A stretch of DNA of 64,000 nt from an uncultured Collinsella sp. (GTDB lineage: Bacteria; Actinomycetota; Coriobacteriia; Coriobacteriales; Coriobacteriaceae), in assembly GCA_902494605.1 (NCBI GenBank), contig CABUUG010000001.1, positions 609 to 64,608 on the forward strand, given 5' to 3'. Within the stretch, counting starts at the first letter, position 1. Every line of letters begins with the position of its first letter. The translations under genes and the position numbers were made by a program. A model generated the notes under the pieces. That model did no database searches, was not told the origin of the DNA, and saw only the letters and a list, made by a program, of their open reading frames with translations. Positions 38,319 to 48,239 of this stretch are shown in pieces.

Positions 38319-38549
38319 TCCGGTGGCAATCAGGGTTCCGGCAACGGTGGGCAGACATCCGGCGGTTCGAACGATGGCGCCCAGGCGGGAAAGCCCGCTG
38401 GTGACAAGGCTCAGGGTGGCAAGTCCGCTAACTCACTTGCGAGCACCGGTGATCAAACGGTGGCGACCGTCGCCGCGATCGGCGGCCTGGGTGCCGCGAT
38501 CGCCGCAATCGGAGTCTTTCTTGCTCGTTTCCGCCGCAAGGAAGACTAG
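38319..38549 (+). pseudogene. Orphan C-terminal remnant of a sortase-anchored surface protein
   Basis: GNQGSGNG..KPAGDKAQGGK..LASTGDQTV-TM-RRKED is clearly paralogous to the tail of 41704-48135; no credible start codon. Confidence 0.8.
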
Positions 38550-38816
38550 CGCGAGCGATTGACAATCGCACACGTTTCTCAAGAGGGCCGCGGTAACCGT
38601 CGCGGCCCTCACTTTACCGGAGCGGTCTGAGGACTCGCGTCTTTCGCTTCGGACTGCTGCGCAGGGTCAATCAGGCGGAGATCTCACCCGTGTCGGGTTT
38701 GCGATAGCTTGGCGAACATAATTACGCGAAATCTAGGATTTCTCAAAAACGCGAAGTAGATGATATATTGTACTTCGCGTTTTTCAGTTAATCTTAATTT
38801 TGCGAAGTGGATTGCC

Positions 38817-40028
38817 ATGAGACTTATTAATCGCCCGTTCTACATGAGCAAGCTTTCCAAGGTGGCAGGTACGCCTGATATCAAGGTGATCACCGGAATC
38901 AGGCGATGCGGAAAATCGAAATTGCTTGAGGCGTTTGCCAGCCAACTTCATTCAAACGACCCCTCGGCCAACGTCATACACGTCAACTTCAATCTACTTG
39001 AGTTCGAGCCGTTGGCGGAATACCATGCGCTGCATACATATGTGGAAAAGCACTATATTGAGGGTTGCCAGAATATCGTCATGATCGACGAGGTCCAGAT
39101 GTGTGAAGGGTTCGAGCGGGCTATCAACAGTCTTCATGCGTCAGAGAAATATGACATTTACATCACGGGGTCGAACGCCTTTCTTCTCTCAAGCGACCTC
39201 TCGACGTTGTTCACGGGAAGAACGGTGGAGATCGAGGTCTTTCCGTTTTCACTTGCGGAGTTCTCGGCGTATCACGAGATCACTTCTCCAGCCGAGGCCC
39301 TTGCTCGCTATGTCCGCGAGGGAGGAATGCCGGGTTCCTATATCTACCAGGACGAAAGGATGCGTTTCTCATACATCTCGGATGTGCTTGAAACTCTTAT
39401 CCTGCGCGACATCAGACAAAAATATCGTATACGTAATGCGGAGCAGCTTAAACGTTCCTGCGAGTTCCTGATGGATAACGTCGGAAACATCTCTTCTCTC
39501 AAGGGGATGGCGGCCGAGCTTTCACGAGCGAACCTTAAGATAAGCGACAAGACGCTGGCTGTGTATATCGACTACCTGTGTAATGCGTTTGCGTTCTACC
39601 GGTTTCGTCGCTTTGACGTCTCAGGAAAGAAATACCTGTCGACGGGAGATAAATACTATCTGGCCGACCATTCGTTTCGCTACGCCGCGCTTGGCACGAA
39701 AAAGCTCGACTTTGGCCATGTTTACGAGAATATGGTGGCAATCGAGCTTATGCGCCGCGGATGGGAAGTCTACGTGGGCGTTCTCTACCAAAAGGAAGTA
39801 GACTTTGTCGCCATCAGGCGTGACCGCCGTGTCTATATCCAGGTGAGTGACGACATTTCCCAAGAAGCGACGCTTGAGCGTGAGCTTGATCCGCTGCGAC
39901 GGATTCGAGACGCCTATCCCAAGTGCGTCATCGCCCGAACAGGGCACGAAACGACTGATTGGGATGGCATCAAGGTCGTCGACCTGGCACGATGGCTTAT
40001 GGGTGAATCAGGCGAGCTGGCCGTCTAG
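38817..40028 (+). CDS. AAA ATPase (AAA_14 + DUF4143-type)
   Basis: GIRRCGKS, IDEVQ, ITGSN, KYYLAD, YENMVAIEL, EVDFV. Confidence 0.9.
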   Translation: MRLINRPFYMSKLSKVAGTPDIKVITGIRRCGKSKLLEAFASQLHSNDPSANVIHVNFNLLEFEPLAEYHALHTYVEKHYIEGCQNIVMIDEVQMCEGFERAINSLHASEKYDIYITGSNAFLLSSDLSTLFTGRTVEIEVFPFSLAEFSAYHEITSPAEALARYVREGGMPGSYIYQDERMRFSYISDVLETLILRDIRQKYRIRNAEQLKRSCEFLMDNVGNISSLKGMAAELSRANLKISDKTLAVYIDYLCNAFAFYRFRRFDVSGKKYLSTGDKYYLADHSFRYAALGTKKLDFGHVYENMVAIELMRRGWEVYVGVLYQKEVDFVAIRRDRRVYIQVSDDISQEATLERELDPLRRIRDAYPKCVIARTGHETTDWDGIKVVDLARWLMGESGELAV

Positions 40029-40262
40029 CACGCGATGGCGCGGGCTGAAACGAACGAGCGATGATTTCGTCCCGCGAGGAGGCCAATACGGCCCTCTTCG
40101 AGGGACGGAATCCTCGCTCGATCTCTTGGCGGGACATTTTGCTCTGTCGATGATCAACGGTTGGTGGAAAGCGATGCCTCGTCCGTGTCACTATTCCGTG
40201 ATTGCTGGTATTTTCTGCATGCTAAAATGAATGCATAAAAGACTTTATATTTGGAGGTCTCG

Positions 40263-40583
40263 ATGCCTGCTTTAAAGATGCTCGACAATCTTGTTCCCAT
40301 CAGCGATTTCAGTCACGGTAAGGGTCCCGCTGCGTTTTCGAGAGTGAGCAACGACAACCCGGTTGTAGTTTTGAAACACAACAAGCCGGCGTTCGTTATC
40401 GTGACGCCCGATGAATACCGAGAGGCTAAGCAGGCGGAGGAGGACCTCGCCTTGTTGACGTTGGCCCTTAAGAGGACGGCTGCGACAAGCGATGATGAAC
40501 TCGTTTCCCTATCTGATGTTATGGCAGAGTTGGGTGTGGGCCAGGACGAACTCGATCAGATGGATGAGGTCGAGTTTGAATGA
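40263..40583 (+). CDS. Type II antitoxin, Phd/YefM family
   Basis: VPISDF, PVVVLKHNKPAFVIV; acidic C-terminus; ATGA overlap with the toxin. Confidence 0.85.
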   Translation: MPALKMLDNLVPISDFSHGKGPAAFSRVSNDNPVVVLKHNKPAFVIVTPDEYREAKQAEEDLALLTLALKRTAATSDDELVSLSDVMAELGVGQDELDQMDEVEFE

Positions 40584-40930
40584 GCGGGTACGAAGTCGCT
40601 TTCTACCCGGATGCTCTCAAGGATCTCAAACGTCTCGATGGTTCCCAGCGAAAACACGTGTTTAAGGCTATAGAAAGAATCAGAACGAACCCATTGCCGC
40701 AGAACGAAGGCGGATTCGGCAAGCCTCTTGGAAACAAGGCGGGCACGGATTTGACTGGCTTCATGAAAATCAAGCTCAGGGGAAGTGGCATTCGGATTGT
40801 GTACCGCCTCATTAAAATCAAAGGAAAAATGGCCATCGTAGTGGTAGGCGCTCGTGAAGACATGGAAGCGTACCGAACCGCCCAAAGGCGTGCGATTGAT
40901 TTCGAGAAGTGGGCGGAAGAGGCTCTCTAA
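40580..40930 (+). CDS. Type II toxin, RelE/ParE family
   Basis: ALKDLKRLD, GKPL, KIKLRGSGIRIVY, VGARED; basic protein. Confidence 0.87.
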   Translation: MSGYEVAFYPDALKDLKRLDGSQRKHVFKAIERIRTNPLPQNEGGFGKPLGNKAGTDLTGFMKIKLRGSGIRIVYRLIKIKGKMAIVVVGAREDMEAYRTAQRRAIDFEKWAEEAL

Positions 40931-41042
40931 CTTCATGGGTGAAAACAGGAATGCAGCGATGTGCTTCAGGTGTGCGAGTTTTGAAAGGCTCTGGTGATTC
41001 GGAGGTTCGCCAGAGCCTTTTTCTATCTGTGGACATTCCTCT

Positions 41043-41246
41043 TGGACAGTTAGTTCAGATACGTATTTTTCAGAGGACGTGTGGAGGCCAATTTGGGCAC
41101 AATTGAGCTATTTTTGATAGTCTGGACCGACAAAGACGCGCGGGCAATAGCGAGAAAGACCTATTATTAGGTCTAAAGCGACTTAAAACCAGTTTGTTAG
41201 CGCCAATTAGCACCGCCAAAATATACGTATCTGAACTAACTGTCCA
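41043..41246. repeat. 204-bp element bounded by perfect 24-bp inverted repeats (MITE-like or invertible segment)
   Basis: TGGACAGTTAGTTCAGATACGTAT at 41043-41066 and its exact reverse complement at 41223-41246. Confidence 0.8.
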
Positions 41247-41703
41247 CCACCCTCCAACAACCTCCTATTCCAAATCAAATCAGCCATTGTGCGTCATGGT
41301 AATTCCCGGTGGATCGCGGGATGGCGGCTGCGACTTTTCCTCAGGATAATTCGCGAAGCCCGGTTTCCGAGGGAAAGGTATTGGTTATGTAATACCAGTT
41401 AAACAGTAAAAATATGCTTAAGTGGTATCTGGCTGGAGAACCAATTGGTATCGTGTTTTAGACCCACCTCGCCATCTACGTTCGTTTTTATACCGCTGGG
41501 AGAATTCTAAATTTGGTTGCGCAACTGCTCCCGTATGCTGATTCAACCTAATAGGTGGCTATCTGGTTACTACCAGTTGACCCCTTGGTAACGGGTGGGC
41601 CAATTGTACGGAATGTACCGAACACCCCCCCGTTTGATGCGTTCGCCCATGCTGCAGGGCGCGCGTCCGCGACACTTCCGCATGTCGGAGGGAAGGAGTC
41701 CAG

Positions 41704-44700
41704 GTGCGTAGGAATTCCATTTTCACGAAACGGTGGGTGAAGGGAAGCGCGGTTCTCGTCGCAACAGCGGCGACTCTCGTGTTCGCCAGCCCCCAGCAGG
41801 CGATTGCCACGCCGCTCAAGGGCGTCGACTCGGCGACCGTTTCCCAGTCAGCCTCGAACGTCGTCGACATCGATTTCGCCGACGGCATTAAGGGGCGTAT
41901 CACATTTCTAGAGGACGGCATTTTCCGTTACAACGTCGACCCCAAAGGCGAGTTTTCCGAGTACGCCACGCCGCGTAGCAAGTCCCACACGGCTAAGATT
42001 CAGGCCCAGCCCGACACCTCGGACACCTACAGCAAGCCGAGCGCAACGGTTGTCGACAAAGGCGACGCTATCGAGATCACCGGCGGCAAGGCGACCGTGG
42101 TTCTGGACAAGGCGACCGGCAAGATGAGCATTAAATCGGGCGACCGCGTCGTGGTCTCCGAGTCCGCATCCCTCGACCTTGATAAGAAGGGTACTGTCCA
42201 GACACTCGCCAAGGAGAAGTCCGAGAACTTCTTTGGCGGTGGCACCCAGAATGGGCGCTTCCTGCACACCAACCAGACCATCGCCATCTCCAACACTAAT
42301 AACTGGACCGACGGCGGCGTCGCCTCGCCCAACCCGTTCTACTGGACGAGCGACGGCTACGGCGTGCTTCGCAACACCTTTGCCGAGGGTTCTTACGACT
42401 TTGGCTCTACGGACTCCTCGACGGTCACGACCTCGCACAGCGAGAATGAGTTCGATGCCTATTACTTCGTGGCAACCGAAACGGGCGCCTCGAACGTGGC
42501 GACCGAGATGCTGCAGGACTACTACAAGGTGACCGGCAATCCGGTACTGCTGCCCGAGTACGGTTTCTACCTGGGTCACCTTAATGCCTACAACCGTGAT
42601 GGCTGGTCAACGACCTCGGGTCAGAAGAAGTGGGAGACCAAGGGCAGCAAGCCTTCGAGTGAGAAGGGCAACGTTAAATACGAGTCCGGCATGTCGACGG
42701 GCTACAAGCTCGACGGCACGCTTGCCGCCGAGACGCTCAACGGAGAGGGCCCCACGGTCGATACCGAGAACATGAAGGCGACCGATTTCGACCGCCAGTT
42801 CTCCGCCCAGCAGGTTATCGATGACTACGAGGACAACGACATGCCGCTCGGCTGGTTCCTGCCGAACGACGGATACGGTGCCGGCTATGGCCAGAACGGT
42901 TATTACAAGACCGGCGGCGTCAACTCCGACGGAACGAGTTCAGCCGAGCGCCTCAACGCCGTGCGTGCCAACGTCGACAACCTTAAGAAGTTTACCGAGT
43001 ATGCTAACTCCAAGGGTGTGAGCACGGGTCTGTGGACCCAGTCTAACCTGGAGCCTGACAGCAACTCCGAGACCCCGTGGCATTTGCTTCGCGATTTCGA
43101 CGCCGAGGTCAAGACGGGCGGCATTACCACCCTCAAGACCGACGTCGCTTGGGTGGGCTCTGGCTACTCCTTTGGCCTCAACGGCATCAAGACGGCCTAC
43201 GATACGGTGACGACCGGTGCCAACAAGCGCCCCAACATCATCACGCTTGACGGTTGGGCCGGCACGCAGCGCTTTGGTGGCATCTGGACCGGCGATCAGT
43301 ACGGCGGCAACTGGGAGTACATCCGCTTCCACATCCCCACGTATATCGGTCAGAGCCTCTCGGGCAACCCCAACATCGGCTCCGATATGGACGGCATCTT
43401 TGGTGGCGACCCCATCATCTCCGCGCGCGACTACCAGTGGAAGACGTTCACGCCCTCTATGCTCGATATGGACGGCTGGGGCACCTACCGCAAGTCGCCC
43501 ATGACGCACGGCGATCCCTACACGGGCATTTCGCGCTTTTACCTCAAGCTCAAGGCGCAACTCATGCCCTATATCTACACGAGCGCGGCCTCGGCGGCCA
43601 ACATCGACACGGGCAACGGCGATACCGGCCTGCCCATGATCCGCGCCATGCTGCTCTCCGACAACTCCGAGTACGCCGCAAGCACCTCGACGCAGTATCA
43701 GTACATGTTTGGTGAGAACTTCCTGGTGGCACCGGTGTATCAGGATACCCAGGCAGATGAGAACGGCAATGACGTTCGCAATGGTATCTACCTTCCCAAC
43801 TACGGCACCGACGAGAATCCCACCATCTGGATTGACTACTTCTCGGGTAAGCAGTACCGCGGCGGCCAGGTCCTCAACAACTACGATGCGCCGCTTTGGA
43901 AGCTGCCGCTGTTTGTGAAGGCCAACGCCATCGTGCCGATGTATGCCGAGAACAACAACCCCGAGGCCGTGAGCGACACCAACACCAAGGGTACCGACCG
44001 CAGCCAGCGTATCGTCGAGTTCTTCGCCACCGAGGGTGACGGCACCTTTACGCAGTACGAGGACGACGGCTCTTCCATCCAGAACAACACGACCGAGGAC
44101 GATGCCTACGGCACGATCGACAATATCTCCTACGGCGAGCATGTGAGTACCGTCTACAGCTCCAAGGCCACGGGCGGCACCGCGACCTTTACCGCCGAAG
44201 CCTCGCAGGGTGGCTACAACGGCTACGACTCCAACCGCACCACGACCTTCGTGGCCAACGTGTCCGCCAAGCCCACGAGCGTCGTCGCCAAGAACGGTGG
44301 CTCCGCGCTCAACGTGGTTGAGGTCAACTCGCAGGAGGCCTTTGACGCCGCGAACCCCGAGGCCGGCCAGGCGGTCTACTTCTACAACGAGACCCCCAAC
44401 CTCAACCACTACGGCAGCGATGCAGACAGCACCGAGGCCGAGCAGGGCGAGAGCTTCAACAACACCAAGATCACCACGAACCCCAAGGTCTACGTCAAGT
44501 TCGCGAAGACCGATGTCGCTGCAGCGGCGCAGACGCTCGAACTCGGCGGCTTCGTGAACGCCGATGCCACGCTGGCCGTCGACCGCCTCAACGAGAACCT
44601 CTCCGCACCCGCGAACCTTGCCGCTCCCGAGGATGCCACCACCCCCACGAGCATCAAGCTCACCTGGGGAAAGGTCGATGGTGCTACCTCCTACGACCTT

Positions 44701-47700
44701 AAGGTAGACGGTACCGTGTTCGCCGTGGGCGATGCGGCGGAGTTTACGCATGCCGACCTTGCCTACAACAGCAAGCATACCTACCAGATTCGTTCGCGCA
44801 ACGCCGATGGCTACTCCGCCTGGAGTGACGTGCTCGAGGCGAGCTCCGCGCTCGACCCGTGGCGCAACGTCCCCACAGCTGAGAAGATCACTTGGGAGGG
44901 CTCGCTCTATGGCAGCCACAAGGCCGATCTCGCCTTCGACCATGAGTTCCAGTCGGGCGACGGCGGTTTCCACTCCGGTGGCAACGATCTGGGCAAGGCC
45001 CTGACGGTCGATTACGGCAAGGCCTACAAGCTTGACAAGCTCGAGTACTATCCGCGTGACGACGCCGGCAATGGCACCGTGACCAAGATGCGCATCGAGA
45101 CGAGCCTCGACGGCACGCATTGGACCACCCAGGAAGTCGATTGGGAGCGCTCCGCCGCCTGTAAGACGGTGGCGTTCGACGGCGCCGTGGCCGCACGCTA
45201 CGTGCGTATGACGCCGCTCGCCTCGGTCGGCAATTTCTTCTCCGCGTCCGAGATCGCCATCTACAAGACCGACGGCACGGATGGCTTCGCCGTGGGCTCC
45301 AACCTCAACAAGGCAACGATCTCCGATGGCGACTACTCCAACATGAAGAACTATCTGGGTCTCGAGAACCGTGGGTCCGATGCCTCGACGTTCAACTCGC
45401 AGATCCGCGACCACTTTGCTGACCTCAACAATAACGGCGTCTACGACGTCTACGATTACTCGTTCACCATGGCGGGGCTCGACGGCGGCACCAAGCAGAA
45501 GGGCAAGGTCGCTGGTACCCTTGCGGTGATTCCGAGCAAGACTGAGGTCGAGGCCGGCGATGAGATCACCGTCGATGTCTATGCGGCCGACGCCAAGAAC
45601 GTCAACGCCCTGGGCGCGCTCGTCAACTTTAAGAGTGACCAGTTTGAGTTTGTGTCCGAGAGCATCTCACAGGATGGTTCGACCGCCGGCATGGAGAACC
45701 TGTCGCGCGAGAAGATCCAGTTTGAGGACGGCACGCAGACCATCAACCTCGCTTTTGCCAACCGCGGAGATGGCAAGCTCTACAACGGCACCGGCGCGGT
45801 GGCGAGCTTCAAGCTCAAGGCCAAGACCGCCGGCAAGGTTGAACTGCCCTCGACATCTTGGCTCATTGGCCCGGCGTGCGACGCACTTGAGTTTGCGAGC
45901 GATGGCACGGTGACGATGCCGGACGTTCCGCAGCCCGCGGTCGCCGAGTACGGCCGCGACGCCTTCGACATCACGATGACCAACGACGAGCTCACTACCG
46001 ATGACGGCACCAACGTCGAGAAGCTTATTCAGCAGAAGAGCTATAACGCGCTGTTCGATAATAACGAGGGCGACAACGGCTTTGAGTTCCTGTGGGACTG
46101 GAGCGGCAACTGGGACAGTGAGGGCAAGCTTCCGAGTTACGTGAAGCTTCCCACCACGATGACATTTGCCTTTAAGACGCCATCGAAGCTCGATGCCGTC
46201 GAGGTTGTCAACCGCAACGGCGGTAACGGCACCGTGCAGAAGATCAAGGCCGTCGTGACGTTCGAGGATGGCTCGACCCAGGAGTTCGCGGGCGGGGAGT
46301 ACGATTCCTTCCAGGCTCGCTACGCCTTTGGTCTCTCTGCCGAGAACAAGGGCAAGAAGGCGACCAAGGTCGAGATCACGCCGCTTGAGGCATCGGGTGA
46401 CCAGATGCTCACGCTGCGCGAGATCAACTTCAACTACACGCAGGGTGTCGAGGCCATCGAGGGCGTCGAGCTGGGCAAGAACCAGACCGAGTTCTTTGAA
46501 GGTGATGTTACGCTCGTCGACGCCAAGGCCACGCCTGAGAGCGCCGGCTACCCCTACGTGACGGTCGAGAGTTCCGACCCCTCTGTGGTGAGCGTCTCCG
46601 CTGTCCAGGCCGGCGATAGCGTGAACTACTACCTGCGTGCCAACAAGGCGGGCAAGGCAACGATCACGGTGGCATCGGTACTCGATCCCTCCAAGACCGC
46701 ATCCTATGAGGCCGAGGTCAAGGCTGGTGTCGACACCTCTGCACTCATGGCAGCGCTTTCCAAGGCCGCGGGCTACAGCGAGTCCGTCTACACCAAGGAT
46801 TCTTATGCAGCTCTCACCGCTGCGGTCGAGGCGGCTCAGAAGCTCCTCGACGGCGGCCAGGGCAGCTATAACAAGAAGGATGTCGCAGACGCCACGGCCA
46901 AGATCGAGAAGGCAATCGACGGCCTCAAGATGCGCCCCGTCGATGAGAAGAGCCTCATCAACACGCCCGAGAACCGCGAGAACGTCAAGGTGACCGGCTT
47001 CTCGAGCGAGGCCGACTACGAGGGCAGCAACGCCGTCAACGCTCTTGACGGCGACGAACAGACGCTCTGGCACAGCGACTATGCCTATAATGCCGGTATG
47101 CCCCAGCACCTGACCGTCGACCTGGGCCGCGACTACGATCTCACCGACGTCACGTTCCTGCCGCGCCAGGACGGCGGCACGAACGGCGATATCTTTGAGG
47201 CCGAGGTGCTGGTCTCCGATACCGCCGACGGTTATGAGATGGGCACCGCCACGTCGATGGGTACGTTTACCTTCGACAACGACGGCCGCGTGCTCACCGA
47301 CCGTGGCGACTGGAAGCAGATGAGTTTTGGTGCCGCGCGCGGTCGCTACGTGACCGTCAAGGTGCTCCACGCCGGCGGTGGCAGCGTTGACGCCTACTGC
47401 AGCATGGCGGAGCTCAAGTTCTACGGTACGGCCGTTCCCGATCCGGTGGCGAAGGACGACCTCACTGCCGCGATTGAAAAGGTTGATGCCGAGGTTGCAG
47501 CCGGCGACCTTAAGGCCAGCGACTACACCGAGGCTTCCTGGACCGTGTTCCAGAACGCCTTGGCGAGCGCCCGCGCCATCTTGAGCGACGAGAACGCCAC
47601 GCAGGACGAGGTCGACCAGGCACTCAAGGCACTCGAGAGTGCTCGCAACGCGCTCGAGAAGACCCCGGTGACCCCGGTCGAGAACCCGACCAAGAAACAG

Positions 47701-48135
47701 CTCAAGGCCCTGGTCAAGCAGGCGAAGGAGACTGACACCAAGGGAAAGACGGCCGAGTCCGTCAAGGCCCTGACGGACGCCATTACCTACGCCGAGGATG
47801 TCTTGGGTGATGAGAATGCTTCCGACACCCAGCTCCAGGCGGCCTATGACCAGCTCAAGCTGGCCATCGAGGGCCTCAAGGATGCCGACTCCGGCAACCA
47901 GGGCGGCTCGGGCAACACCGGAGGTTCGGGCAACCAGGGTTCCGGCAACGGCTCGAACGGTGGCGGCCAGACGAGCAAGCCCGCAGGCGACAAGGCCCAG
48001 GGCGGCAAGAAGAACGGTTCGGCGATCCCCAACACTGGCGACCAAACGGTGACGACTGTCGCGACCGTCGGTGGCCTTGGAGCCATCATCGCCGCGATCG
48101 GTGCCTTCTTCCACCGTCGCAATAAGGCTGAGTAG
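41704..48135 (+). CDS. Cell-wall-anchored multimodular GH31 glycosidase, probable alpha-N-acetylgalactosaminidase (Nag31-like), with FN3, CBM32/F5-8, dockerin-like, cohesin-like, Ig-like and FIVAR modules
   Basis: Signal peptide; DMPLGWFLPNDGYG, KTDVAWVG, GWAGTQR..WTGDQ, GSDMDGIF; YYPR/FLPRQ F5/8 motifs; IPNTG-TM-RRNK sorting signal. Confidence 0.88.
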   Translation: MRRNSIFTKRWVKGSAVLVATAATLVFASPQQAIATPLKGVDSATVSQSASNVVDIDFADGIKGRITFLEDGIFRYNVDPKGEFSEYATPRSKSHTAKIQAQPDTSDTYSKPSATVVDKGDAIEITGGKATVVLDKATGKMSIKSGDRVVVSESASLDLDKKGTVQTLAKEKSENFFGGGTQNGRFLHTNQTIAISNTNNWTDGGVASPNPFYWTSDGYGVLRNTFAEGSYDFGSTDSSTVTTSHSENEFDAYYFVATETGASNVATEMLQDYYKVTGNPVLLPEYGFYLGHLNAYNRDGWSTTSGQKKWETKGSKPSSEKGNVKYESGMSTGYKLDGTLAAETLNGEGPTVDTENMKATDFDRQFSAQQVIDDYEDNDMPLGWFLPNDGYGAGYGQNGYYKTGGVNSDGTSSAERLNAVRANVDNLKKFTEYANSKGVSTGLWTQSNLEPDSNSETPWHLLRDFDAEVKTGGITTLKTDVAWVGSGYSFGLNGIKTAYDTVTTGANKRPNIITLDGWAGTQRFGGIWTGDQYGGNWEYIRFHIPTYIGQSLSGNPNIGSDMDGIFGGDPIISARDYQWKTFTPSMLDMDGWGTYRKSPMTHGDPYTGISRFYLKLKAQLMPYIYTSAASAANIDTGNGDTGLPMIRAMLLSDNSEYAASTSTQYQYMFGENFLVAPVYQDTQADENGNDVRNGIYLPNYGTDENPTIWIDYFSGKQYRGGQVLNNYDAPLWKLPLFVKANAIVPMYAENNNPEAVSDTNTKGTDRSQRIVEFFATEGDGTFTQYEDDGSSIQNNTTEDDAYGTIDNISYGEHVSTVYSSKATGGTATFTAEASQGGYNGYDSNRTTTFVANVSAKPTSVVAKNGGSALNVVEVNSQEAFDAANPEAGQAVYFYNETPNLNHYGSDADSTEAEQGESFNNTKITTNPKVYVKFAKTDVAAAAQTLELGGFVNADATLAVDRLNENLSAPANLAAPEDATTPTSIKLTWGKVDGATSYDLKVDGTVFAVGDAAEFTHADLAYNSKHTYQIRSRNADGYSAWSDVLEASSALDPWRNVPTAEKITWEGSLYGSHKADLAFDHEFQSGDGGFHSGGNDLGKALTVDYGKAYKLDKLEYYPRDDAGNGTVTKMRIETSLDGTHWTTQEVDWERSAACKTVAFDGAVAARYVRMTPLASVGNFFSASEIAIYKTDGTDGFAVGSNLNKATISDGDYSNMKNYLGLENRGSDASTFNSQIRDHFADLNNNGVYDVYDYSFTMAGLDGGTKQKGKVAGTLAVIPSKTEVEAGDEITVDVYAADAKNVNALGALVNFKSDQFEFVSESISQDGSTAGMENLSREKIQFEDGTQTINLAFANRGDGKLYNGTGAVASFKLKAKTAGKVELPSTSWLIGPACDALEFASDGTVTMPDVPQPAVAEYGRDAFDITMTNDELTTDDGTNVEKLIQQKSYNALFDNNEGDNGFEFLWDWSGNWDSEGKLPSYVKLPTTMTFAFKTPSKLDAVEVVNRNGGNGTVQKIKAVVTFEDGSTQEFAGGEYDSFQARYAFGLSAENKGKKATKVEITPLEASGDQMLTLREINFNYTQGVEAIEGVELGKNQTEFFEGDVTLVDAKATPESAGYPYVTVESSDPSVVSVSAVQAGDSVNYYLRANKAGKATITVASVLDPSKTASYEAEVKAGVDTSALMAALSKAAGYSESVYTKDSYAALTAAVEAAQKLLDGGQGSYNKKDVADATAKIEKAIDGLKMRPVDEKSLINTPENRENVKVTGFSSEADYEGSNAVNALDGDEQTLWHSDYAYNAGMPQHLTVDLGRDYDLTDVTFLPRQDGGTNGDIFEAEVLVSDTADGYEMGTATSMGTFTFDNDGRVLTDRGDWKQMSFGAARGRYVTVKVLHAGGGSVDAYCSMAELKFYGTAVPDPVAKDDLTAAIEKVDAEVAAGDLKASDYTEASWTVFQNALASARAILSDENATQDEVDQALKALESARNALEKTPVTPVENPTKKQLKALVKQAKETDTKGKTAESVKALTDAITYAEDVLGDENASDTQLQAAYDQLKLAIEGLKDADSGNQGGSGNTGGSGNQGSGNGSNGGGQTSKPAGDKAQGGKKNGSAIPNTGDQTVTTVATVGGLGAIIAAIGAFFHRRNKAE

Positions 48136-48158
48136 TCCCAGCGATAACTAAGCAAACG

Positions 48159-48198
48159 TGCCCGCCGCTCCACCAAGGACGGCGGGCATTGCTTTTTT
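48159..48198 (+). terminator. Terminator after the GH31 gene
   Basis: TGCCCGCCG...CGGCGGGCA followed by a T-tract. Confidence 0.7.
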
Positions 48199-48239
48199 AT
48201 TTCAGCCAACGTACGTCATAGCAATCCCCGGTAGGTCGA

